Positions 1 to 7,834 of a stretch of DNA of 49,438 bases are shown here, in pieces. The position numbers and the translations under genes are program-made. The stretch covers positions 1-49,438 of the forward strand of contig LJUX01000018.1 in NCBI GenBank assembly GCA_001304155.1, written 5' to 3'. The number at the start of each line of letters is the position of its first letter. The stretch's first letter is position 1. The notes beneath the pieces are model-generated. The model was not told where the DNA came from. It searched no databases and worked only from the letters and a program-made list of their open reading frames with translations. Origin of the DNA: a candidate division Zixibacteria bacterium SM23_73_3 (GTDB taxonomy: Bacteria > Zixibacteria > MSB-5A5 > SM1-73).

Positions 1-93
1 TTCTGCGTCCAGATAGCCCCGGGGAGCCTGCGCCGCCCCGCTCATCTTCTTCGCCGTTTCAGCTTGATTAACTGCTCCTGCACCTACCTGGAC

Positions 94-1884
94 TTACATC
101 CTGTCTCTCATAACAAACCCCACCTCCGTCGCCAACTCTTCGGCCGCCAATCTGTAGTCTGCATCCACCAGAAACGAGGTATACTCGGTGATGATCCCGT
201 ATTTCTTGGAGAGTCTAACCACCTCCTCCACCAGTTCCTTGTTCTCTCCATGAAGTCTCAATTGGTCGACCAAGTACCCGATTCTCCTGGTCGCCCAGAG
301 CCGGGGAATGAAATCGTTTCGATCGTCCGACGAAAAATTCACCTCATATGCAAACTTGCGCGTGCTTCCTTGTGTTGATCCGGTCAAGGTCGCTCCATCA
401 TGACCACCATTTCTGTATTTACCAAGCACCAGAAGTTGAGAGCCCTTGAAAATGTCCGGAAGCTCTTTGGGATAGAGGTCGTAAGCTTCCACCTCACCAA
501 AAGAAAGCTTAATATCTGTCAGAATGGGATGGGAAACCTTCTTGTAGAAGCTGGAAACCTTAACCTCGATATCCTCGGATGGGCGCACGTAATCGGAGGT
601 GGCATGATTATCCTGAGCCAGCCTGTCCAAAAGTCGGGTGTTCACGTCATAGCCCACTCCGAAAACAAATATCCTGGTTGAGGATTGATTCGCGCCTTTC
701 ACATTTTTCAGAATGCTGTTTATGTCCGTCTGTCCCACTGTGGGCAGGCCGTCGGTTAGGAAGATAACAAACGAAGCTCCGCTTGCGTCTTCGATGTGCT
801 CCAGGCCGGTGAGGAGTGCCTCATTTATGTTGGTTCCGCCCTCTGCCTCACACCTGTCTACAAAGGAGAGAGCTTCCCTGATATTCTCCCGCTCTGCTCG
901 AACCAGGCCGGTCTTAAAGCTCTCTATATCATCGTCAAAATCGATCACGTTGAACCGGTCGCCTTCATTCAAGCTGTTCAAACAGAAAGAGAGTGCCCCT
1001 TTAGCTTGCCTTATCTTTTCCCCTTGCATGCTCCCCGAGGTGTCTAAAATGAAAATTATGTTTTTGCTTGAAGTCTTGTCTGCGGCAACCTCCACCTCAG
1101 GCGAGATCATGGCCAAGAAATAGCCCTGATGATTTTCGTCTTCAAAGGGGAGAAGATTAAAGCCAATGTCTTTCTCCGAAATGGTGTAATACAAAAGAAA
1201 ATCCTTATCCGGACGGGTGTTTTCCTCCACGTAGGTCACCTTTGCATGGTGATCGTTTTCCTTTTCAACTCTTATATTATGCGAGGGCGAGTAGACGCTC
1301 TTTATCGGCGTTTTCGAATTTATCTCCACGCTGACCTTAACGCTCTGCAACGGGTCTTTGGAGAACTTCTCGGTGTTCAAAGTATAACGGTAGCCGCATA
1401 TCCCTCCCGAAAGTTTCAGGACCTCCGAGTAATAAAGCTTGATGCGAGTCTCGCCGCGAGCCGGAATGGGATAAACCGAAGCCTTAAACATTCCATCCTT
1501 GAAATACTCCAAAAGGGCGGGGTCCTTCTTCCTCCGGACGATGTCCTGATAGATTCTCCTGGCTTCATCTTTGTCTAAGATTTTCCCTTTGATCTCTTCG
1601 CCTCCCACAAACATGGAGAACCTGGAGATGGAAGCATCTTCTGGTATGGGAAAGATATAGGTCCCCTCGATGTCCCGATGATAGTTGTTTATAAAAATCT
1701 GATCCACCGCAGTCTGCGCAATCTGGTTGTCGATCTTTATGTCCACGTGATGATACTTTATGGAAAGATTGGGGGGAAAGGGCCCGTCGGGACGTGGAGG
1801 CATGGGAATGATGAAACCATCAGCCAGCGCAATCCCGCTGAGGGAGAGCACCAAAACCATGCTCAAGCCGAGTATTCTTTTCAT
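94..1884 (-). CDS. Exported VIT + von Willebrand A domain protein (inter-alpha-trypsin inhibitor-like); probably interrupted by a premature TAA
   Basis: Signal peptide; VIT domain (HHVDIKI...EGTYIFPIPEDASIS); vWA MIDAS DTSGS and FLTDG; LWATRRI...YGIITEYTSFLV tail; SD GGAGG upstream. The frame stays open past the stop to the window edge. Confidence 0.88.
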   Translation of the reverse strand: MKRILGLSMVLVLSLSGIALADGFIIPMPPRPDGPFPPNLSIKYHHVDIKIDNQIAQTAVDQIFINNYHRDIEGTYIFPIPEDASISRFSMFVGGEEIKGKILDKDEARRIYQDIVRRKKDPALLEYFKDGMFKASVYPIPARGETRIKLYYSEVLKLSGGICGYRYTLNTEKFSKDPLQSVKVSVEINSKTPIKSVYSPSHNIRVEKENDHHAKVTYVEENTRPDKDFLLYYTISEKDIGFNLLPFEDENHQGYFLAMISPEVEVAADKTSSKNIIFILDTSGSMQGEKIRQAKGALSFCLNSLNEGDRFNVIDFDDDIESFKTGLVRAERENIREALSFVDRCEAEGGTNINEALLTGLEHIEDASGASFVIFLTDGLPTVGQTDINSILKNVKGANQSSTRIFVFGVGYDVNTRLLDRLAQDNHATSDYVRPSEDIEVKVSSFYKKVSHPILTDIKLSFGEVEAYDLYPKELPDIFKGSQLLVLGKYRNGGHDGATLTGSTQGSTRKFAYEVNFSSDDRNDFIPRLWATRRIGYLVDQLRLHGENKELVEEVVRLSKKYGIITEYTSFLVDADYRLAAEELATEVGFVMRDRM

Positions 1885-1907
1885 GACCGACCTCCTTTAG
1901 AAAAAGA

Positions 1908-1937
1908 GTTCAAATGTTCAATAGTTCAATGTTCAAT
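1908..1937. repeat. Four tandem GTTCAA(T) 7-8 nt repeats in the leader of the VIT-vWA gene
   Basis: gttcaaat-gttcaata-gttcaat-gttcaat read directly. Confidence 0.7.
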
Positions 1938-1947
1938 CCTGCTTTTT

Positions 1948-1973
1948 ATACAAGTCATGAAAAGAAATATTCC
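1948..1973 (-). promoter_or_regulatory. Putative ECF sigma promoter for the VIT-vWA gene
   Basis: Minus strand GGAATA-N15-TGTAT, same boxes and spacing as the motif upstream of the ECF gene. Confidence 0.7.
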
Positions 1974-1983
1974 TAAAAAATTT

Positions 1984-3168
1984 TCATCTTTGCCTTAGTG
2001 CCTTTATTTTTTTCAATTTGCCGCCCAATTCTTCTTTTACCTTTCGATCTTCGATCTGATCGAGATATTCCTCGATTACCTTCGAACCTTCAGAGATCAC
2101 CGTGGTATCCTGGCTGAGCTTCGCCAGGAGATAGTAGCTCATCGCCACCTGCAGATAGCCCTGGTTGGTCAGCGAGTCGGTTGGATTTTCCTCGATATAA
2201 GCTTTCCAAACCTGTATTGTCCTTCTTAATTCATTTACCTGCGTCAATGTATCATCAGCTGAATAGGGTCGGAAGCCTGTTGTTGGGGAAGGAAGGCTAA
2301 CATCCTTAGGTGTCAGTTTCCCAGCCTCCCTTTTCCTGGAAAGCTCTTTTTCCTCACTAACTTTCTCCTCTTGAACCTGGATTTTTGTTTCCTGAGGCCC
2401 CTCGTCTTTTTTTTCTACTCCAGCTCCAGCCTGATCTGCTTTTGGAGAAACGATTAGTTCTGGTGGCTTTTCAGTTGCTGGAGGGACTCCAGTTGACAAA
2501 TCAGTTATGTAAGCGGGTGCTGGTGTCTCCTCCGAAACTTTGGGCTGGACAGGAGCTTTATCTTCTTTTGGCAAAACCTCCTTTTCGCCCCCTACTTTTT
2601 TCGGAAGAGTGGTCTTTTCTTCCCGTTGAACAGCAGTGGGAGGTTCTTTTTTCATCTCAGGTTTTTCAGAGATTGATTCTATTCCTCTTCTGCCGTCTTC
2701 TATTGGAAATCCCTTCTTCTTTTCAATTTTTGTGATATCAAGCTGAGGGGGTCTTTCCTTTTGAACAACCGTTTTAGAGGGAAATATCTCCTCTCCCCGA
2801 TAATCCACGTACAGCTTTCCGATGATAAAGACGAGCACAACTGATACCAAGCCAGCAGCGACTTTTATCTTCAAAGGAGAAAAAGAAAATATACTCTGTA
2901 AGGCTTTCTTCAGGCCGAATGCAAAGGATTTCTCTTCTCGCTCAATGATTTTCCCCCTTACCCGGCTGGCGAAGTTATCCCAGTATTCCTGTGGAGGCTC
3001 TTTTGCTTCAATTTTTCTCGCCCTGCCTTCCACCGATTCTAAAAGAGCCAGCTTCTTGGCGCATCTTTCGCATTCAGAAAGATGCTCTTTTAATTCCCTT
3101 TCTTTGTCTTGATCCAGTCTCCCGTCCAGAAAGAGGGAAATCAGCTTATCAAATCTTTCGCATTTCAA
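1984..3168 (-). CDS. Zinc-finger (zf-HC2) transmembrane anti-sigma factor with long extracytoplasmic linker
   Basis: C..F..LIS.FLDG.L...HLSECERC (HxxxCxxC); one TM helix; E/K/P-rich linker; helical C-terminus; directly downstream of ECF sigma. Confidence 0.85.
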   Translation of the reverse strand: MKCERFDKLISLFLDGRLDQDKERELKEHLSECERCAKKLALLESVEGRARKIEAKEPPQEYWDNFASRVRGKIIEREEKSFAFGLKKALQSIFSFSPLKIKVAAGLVSVVLVFIIGKLYVDYRGEEIFPSKTVVQKERPPQLDITKIEKKKGFPIEDGRRGIESISEKPEMKKEPPTAVQREEKTTLPKKVGGEKEVLPKEDKAPVQPKVSEETPAPAYITDLSTGVPPATEKPPELIVSPKADQAGAGVEKKDEGPQETKIQVQEEKVSEEKELSRKREAGKLTPKDVSLPSPTTGFRPYSADDTLTQVNELRRTIQVWKAYIEENPTDSLTNQGYLQVAMSYYLLAKLSQDTTVISEGSKVIEEYLDQIEDRKVKEELGGKLKKIKALRQR

Positions 3169-3173
3169 CTTTA

Positions 3174-3767
3174 TTACTCCTTGTATTCCTTCAACATCTC
3201 CTGCATCCTTACTCTGGCTCTGAAGAGCCGGGACATCACCGTTCCCAAAGATATTTTCAAGGTTTTGGCAATCTCCTCGTAGCTTAAGTCCTCATATATT
3301 CTCAACACCAACACTGCCTTGTATTTTGGCGGAAGCAAGTCTAAAGCCCTTTCTATTTTATTCTCAAGTTCCTTTAAAGCTAAATGATTAGAGGGATCAC
3401 CAACAGTCGCTTCCCTCTCCAAAGGGCTTGCCTCTTCTTCAAATTGGCTCTCCGGAATTACAAACTTTTGACGCTTAAGGAAATTTATGCTCAAATTCAT
3501 ACATATCCGGTATAACCAGGAATAAAAACTATAACCGGTCCTAAAAGATTTAATGGCAAAGTAAGCATTTATGAAAGTCTCCTGGGTTATATCATCTGCG
3601 GCATCGTGATTTTTAACCATGCGATATGCCAAAAAATAGATCTTTTTCTGATAACGCTTCACCAAAAGATCAAAAGAATATGAATCACCTTTCTGAGCTC
3701 TTAAGATCAGCTCATCGTCATTTTGTTGCTTGAAAGGTGCTTGCCCCTCACTTTTCTTCATCGACAC
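3174..3767 (-). CDS. ECF RNA polymerase sigma factor
   Basis: DDELI..AQKGD; region 2 AdDITQETF...FYSWLYRI; region 4 LSYEEIAKTLKISLGTVMSRLFRAR. Confidence 0.95.
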   Translation of the reverse strand: MSMKKSEGQAPFKQQNDDELILRAQKGDSYSFDLLVKRYQKKIYFLAYRMVKNHDAADDITQETFINAYFAIKSFRTGYSFYSWLYRICMNLSINFLKRQKFVIPESQFEEEASPLEREATVGDPSNHLALKELENKIERALDLLPPKYKAVLVLRIYEDLSYEEIAKTLKISLGTVMSRLFRARVRMQEMLKEYKE

Positions 3768-3781
3768 TACCGCCTGATAGA

Positions 3782-3807
3782 ATACAGATTAACTTAAAAA
3801 TTATTCC
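3782..3807 (-). promoter_or_regulatory. Putative autoregulatory ECF promoter
   Basis: Minus strand GGAATA-ATTTTTAAGTTAATC-TGTAT just upstream of the sigma gene. Confidence 0.7.
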
Positions 3808-3818
3808 CAGATTTTTTT

Positions 3819-3926
3819 ACCTCACCCCTTTGTCCCCCTCTCCACCCGGACGGGTGGGCTCGAACGAACCCCCGTCTGGGGGCGTCTGCCCATGTAATGG
3901 AGAGGGGGATAGGGAGTGGGTGGGGT
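3819..3926. repeat. CCTCACCCC...TCCCCCTCTCCA / TGGAGAGGGGGA palindromic element with internal insert
   Basis: Inverted arms; related outer arms at 24121-24290. Confidence 0.7.
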
Positions 3927-4032
3927 CTTTGAGTCATAGGGATCCCACCGTTGGTGGGATGGCTGTCCTGTTTAGACTCAGGACAGGGATTCATCCTGAA
4001 GGACAAGCCCTGACCCAACAGAAATTTCATCT

Positions 4033-5049
4033 TCATAGGTGGCACAAATTATATACCAAAAGTTCCAAAAGCATCCTATCCGGCATTAGATTTGATTTTA
4101 AATCCACATCCGCTTGATATAAAAGGTGCAATCCCTTTTCTAATTCTTCTAAGCTGAAATTCGTCGCTTGTTTTTTGTATTTTGCCAACAGAAAAGGTTT
4201 TGTTTTTAACACAGATACCAATGATCTTCCAGAGTCGGAAGAGAACTCCCTGGTTTGAATGAGCTTCTCTAAGTGTTCGGTCAGCCAGAAGATTATTCCT
4301 CCCGGTTTTTCGCCGGAGAGAGTCAAATTCCTTAATATCTCCAATGACCTTCTACCGTCCCTTTCCCCGATGGCATCAAGTAGCTGGAAAATGGTGTGAG
4401 TTCGGGACAGGCCCACCGCCGATTTTACATCGGATGAAGTTATAAGCTCCCTTTCTCCAACATAGATCACCAGCTTGTCGATCTCTGTGGCTAAATCGGC
4501 AAGATTATTTCCTACAAGATCTTGTAAGATGTGGATTCCATTTCTTTCGATTTTTTTGCCCTGTCCACTTATTCTTTTTGTGATCCAGTCTGAAATCTGA
4601 CTTTCCCATAATCGGCTAAACTGCACCGTGGTGGCAGATTTCTCCAGAGCTTTGTAAAACTTCGTCGTAGAGGTAATTTTGGGCGAAAGAAGGATGAGAC
4701 AAACTGAGTCAGGGAGTTTGGGCAGGAACGATAAGAGCACATCTTTGGAGAAAGTGGACAGCTTGTGTAGATCGAATACCACCACCACCCGTCTTTTTGC
4801 ATTGACCGGAGAGGTGGAAGCACAGTTTATGATCTGGTCCGCACTGATCTCCGCCCCATACAAAAGATCTAAGTTGAAACTTTTTAAATCAACTGGCACC
4901 AGAATGGAGACGATCCTCTTTAAGGCTTCCTCCTTCAAGAAATCTTCTTCTCCAGTGAAGTGGTATAACGACTTTACCTTTTTTCCCCGATCCTCACGCG
5001 TAGACTTAAGCTGGTTTAACAACTGCAAATACGTGATTTTCTCTCCCAT
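4033..5049 (-). CDS. holA: DNA polymerase III subunit delta
   Basis: LYHFTGEEDFL, FNLDLLYG, EIDKLVIY, IFQLLDAI, ADVDLKS...LELLVYNL; 338 aa. Confidence 0.92.
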   Translation of the reverse strand: MGEKITYLQLLNQLKSTREDRGKKVKSLYHFTGEEDFLKEEALKRIVSILVPVDLKSFNLDLLYGAEISADQIINCASTSPVNAKRRVVVVFDLHKLSTFSKDVLLSFLPKLPDSVCLILLSPKITSTTKFYKALEKSATTVQFSRLWESQISDWITKRISGQGKKIERNGIHILQDLVGNNLADLATEIDKLVIYVGERELITSSDVKSAVGLSRTHTIFQLLDAIGERDGRRSLEILRNLTLSGEKPGGIIFWLTEHLEKLIQTREFSSDSGRSLVSVLKTKPFLLAKYKKQATNFSLEELEKGLHLLYQADVDLKSNLMPDRMLLELLVYNLCHL

Positions 5050-5168
5050 ATTCCCTTTCGTTTACCTCTCATTTCATAGTGTATCTGTAAAATGAAAGAT
5101 CCCTGTCGTTTTACATGGAATCGATTTCCTATCAGTTCAAATTAGCGATTCAAAAAATGATTGTCAAT

Positions 5169-5202
5169 AAAAAAGAGCCTCCGGGGGATGTTGGAGACTC
5201 TC
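5169..5202 (-). terminator. Intrinsic terminator after the RNase H-like gene
   Basis: Minus strand GAGTCTCC...GGAGGCTC stem followed by a T tract. Confidence 0.65.
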
Positions 5203-5230
5203 TTTGGCAGAAGGGGATGAAGGAGGATTT

Positions 5231-5614
5231 TTATCTGAAAGAAAGCTCGTTTTGAGCCGGATTTTCCTTTTTGGGAATCCAGTTTAAACTATAGGGAATT
5301 TTCTTTTTGTAGACTAAAGCCATATTTCTATAAGTCTCCAGATCCTTGTTGCAGACCATCTGCAGATTTACCTGGTTGACCACTACAAAACTATCGCCCA
5401 ATACCTCCACCGTCTTGTTTTGAAACAAATGGGGATTGATTTCAATAAATTCTAAGAGTGCCAGAAGGCTGGCGTACTCACATTCGACCGGGGTGCCTTT
5501 AAATTTAGCCCGGAAGACTATTCCCAAATCGGGAATAGAAAAGGAAACTACTCCACTATGATGACCATCCTCAATATTTTCATCTCGGATTGTACCGTAG
5601 AAGAAACATTGCAT
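5231..5614 (-). CDS. RNase HI-fold protein with degenerate active site
   Basis: T.VECEYASLL..L, GDSFVVVNQVN, WIPKKENPA match the RNase HI pattern; first and last catalytic Asp replaced; SD AAGGAGG. Confidence 0.75.
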   Translation of the reverse strand: MQCFFYGTIRDENIEDGHHSGVVSFSIPDLGIVFRAKFKGTPVECEYASLLALLEFIEINPHLFQNKTVEVLGDSFVVVNQVNLQMVCNKDLETYRNMALVYKKKIPYSLNWIPKKENPAQNELSFR

Positions 5615-5676
5615 TGAATCCTCCTTATCAATCAGTCGATAACCTTACCTCCTTATTGTTTCCACCCCTTCCAAAA

Positions 5677-5692
5677 AGCAAAATATATGCCG
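5677..5692 (-). promoter_or_regulatory. Sigma54 (-24/-12) promoter upstream of the RNase H-like gene
   Basis: Minus strand CGGCATATATTTTGCT (GG-N10-GC). Confidence 0.65.
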
Positions 5693-6035
5693 CTGGGATT
5701 TTGTGGTTTCAAAGGATAGAAAAGGTTAGAAAAAAGAGAAACCACAATGTTCCTTCGAGAACAATAAGATGGGAATTGATTAAAAGCCAATGAGATACTG
5801 AGGTTGCGTTGCAAAGGGCTTTGAAGTGCTTTCAGTCTTTAAAGAAATTGTGTAGAAATAAAAAAGGTATGATGCAACCACTTTATGCAAGTGGCTTCAT
5901 ACTTACTGCAACCTGCTACATGGGGAGGAGTTTTTAAAAGAACGCTCAGGCTGGATATGTCTTGCCGGATGCGGGACTTCAGGAGAGCTTATCTGATTGA
6001 TGGAAACATGGGAGTTTCCGCTACAATGGATCATG

Positions 6036-6233
6036 TGTAAGGGCGGACCTCAGTGTCCGCCCGAACTTCAGGGTGATGGCAGAGCATCGCCCCTACGGCA
6101 ACGGAAAGCTATGAGGGATTTAGTCTTCCGCTTTGAAGACTTAAAGATTCTCGCTACAATTAAAATAAAAAATGTAGGGGTGGACCTAAAGCTTCACCCA
6201 TCCTAAGGGCGAATCTGAAGATTCGCCCCTACA
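6036..6233. repeat. Two GTAG-type REP-like doublets (6036-6096, 6173-6233)
   Basis: tgta(a/g)ggg...hairpin...hairpin...cgcccctac inverted termini. Confidence 0.75.
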
Positions 6234-6459
6234 TCATTTTGCCACATAATCAAGCCCGGACCACTTTGTACCCCTTATTGTCCGGGATAGGCTATGGACG
6301 CTACTTTTCGGGTTCCTCAAATGCCTTGAACCTAAAATAGCCTTTTTCAATTAGTCTATTGTTGCGATGGGATATTGGTTCCCCCCACAACGACATTGGG
6401 CAAATGGTCTTTTGACTGATTTGACCTACTCTCTCATTCTACTTGGAAATGAAACCATT

Positions 6460-7632
6460 CTATTTTTGCCTTTCAAAACAATCCTGGGCTTTCTGCCAAG
6501 CTACCTTGGCTTCTTCGCCCATTCCTTTTTTCGCATAAATAATTGCCAGTTGATTCAAGGCACTGCAATTCGTGCTGTCTTTTTGTACCAAGGGCTCCAA
6601 GATGCCTAGGGCTTGATCGAAATTTCCCTGCTCTTGGCAAACCTGGGCCAGGAAAATTTGAGCCTCCAGATCGGTGCTATCAATTTCCAGCACCTTTTCA
6701 AATGCGGCGTGAGCCGAAGCCAAAAGTTCGTCTTTCTTCTGGGCCAGCTTTTTTACTCTATCGGTTGATTTTTCATCTTTAAGATATTCTCCGGACTCGT
6801 CCTTCAATGAATCAAGCGACATGTTTGTCTGTATGATCTTCTGCAAAAAGATGGTTCCCATGTTGAAGTGACCGTCCTTATAAGTAGGGTCTGTGGCAAC
6901 CAATTTCTTCGAATACGCAAGAGCCTGATCAAAGTCCTTTGCATTGCTGTAAATGGAGACGACGTTTATCAGAACCTCCACGTTACTTGAATCATCTTTT
7001 AGAATTTCATTATAGCTCTGCAAAGCCTCCTGTTGTTTTCCCGCATAAAACAGAGCATCGGCATAACCTCTTAACATCTCAGGATTATCTGGTTCTAATT
7101 TAAGTCCAGTTTGAAGAGATGAGAGCGCCTCTTCATATTCACCCTTTACGGTGTAGGCCAAGCCGGTATACAAAAAGCTCCTGAAGTTAGAAGGATCAAT
7201 TATGCTGCAGGTGGAAAACTTATCTAAGGCTGTATCAAAGTCCTTCTCATTAAAAGCCTCGGCTCCCTGATTGAATACCTGGGTCCATTTCTCCTTCTTC
7301 ATTGTATTGAGCTCATCCATCCATTTGGCTTTTTTGCTTTTTAAGCTTTCCGCCGAGGCAAATTGCTCTCCCATACCTCGATAATTATTCTTGTAATAAT
7401 AAGCCTTTCCCAGGAGGAAATGTATTTCCGCATCATCTTCGTAAAATAGCAGTGCTTCTTCAAGTATCGCCACGGCACTATCATACATCCGATATTCGCC
7501 CTTTAGGTAAATCTTGGCAGTCATTTTGTAGGTGCTGGAATGAAATCTGGGCTTTTGGGGCTTTTCTCCCCTAATTGCACTGCCCATGAAAACTAACAAC
7601 ACTGCTATCAAGATGATCCGTAAGGATTTCAT
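6460..7632 (-). CDS. Exported tetratricopeptide repeat protein
   Basis: N-terminal signal peptide; multiple TPRs (HFLLGKAYY, LKLEPDN, LEIDSTD). Confidence 0.88.
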   Translation of the reverse strand: MKSLRIILIAVLLVFMGSAIRGEKPQKPRFHSSTYKMTAKIYLKGEYRMYDSAVAILEEALLFYEDDAEIHFLLGKAYYYKNNYRGMGEQFASAESLKSKKAKWMDELNTMKKEKWTQVFNQGAEAFNEKDFDTALDKFSTCSIIDPSNFRSFLYTGLAYTVKGEYEEALSSLQTGLKLEPDNPEMLRGYADALFYAGKQQEALQSYNEILKDDSSNVEVLINVVSIYSNAKDFDQALAYSKKLVATDPTYKDGHFNMGTIFLQKIIQTNMSLDSLKDESGEYLKDEKSTDRVKKLAQKKDELLASAHAAFEKVLEIDSTDLEAQIFLAQVCQEQGNFDQALGILEPLVQKDSTNCSALNQLAIIYAKKGMGEEAKVAWQKAQDCFERQK

Positions 7633-7834
7633 TTAATACTCCTTTATCTTGAAGGTTTAAGTTGTTTTTTCCCCTATTATACAGTTTTTTTAATGGTCTT
7701 CATTATCTCGGAAATAATTTTTTCTTCTGGAACTGCTCTTCCACAGAGAAATTTATTGATCTTTTCAATTTCTCTTCAGGTTAAGGACCATCTCTTCCTG
7801 AGTAAAGAGATGGCGAAAAGATAAAACCATCTTT

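Noticed and set aside
94-96. Programmed stop-codon recoding
   Set aside because: The codon is TAA, and other genes in the window end normally at TAA; mutation or sequencing error is simpler
3737-4117. ORFs 3737-4117 (+) and 3794-4045 (-)
   Set aside because: They are translations of palindromic repeat DNA and overlap real genes; the same applies to 5997-6206, 24170-24355 and 36384-36765
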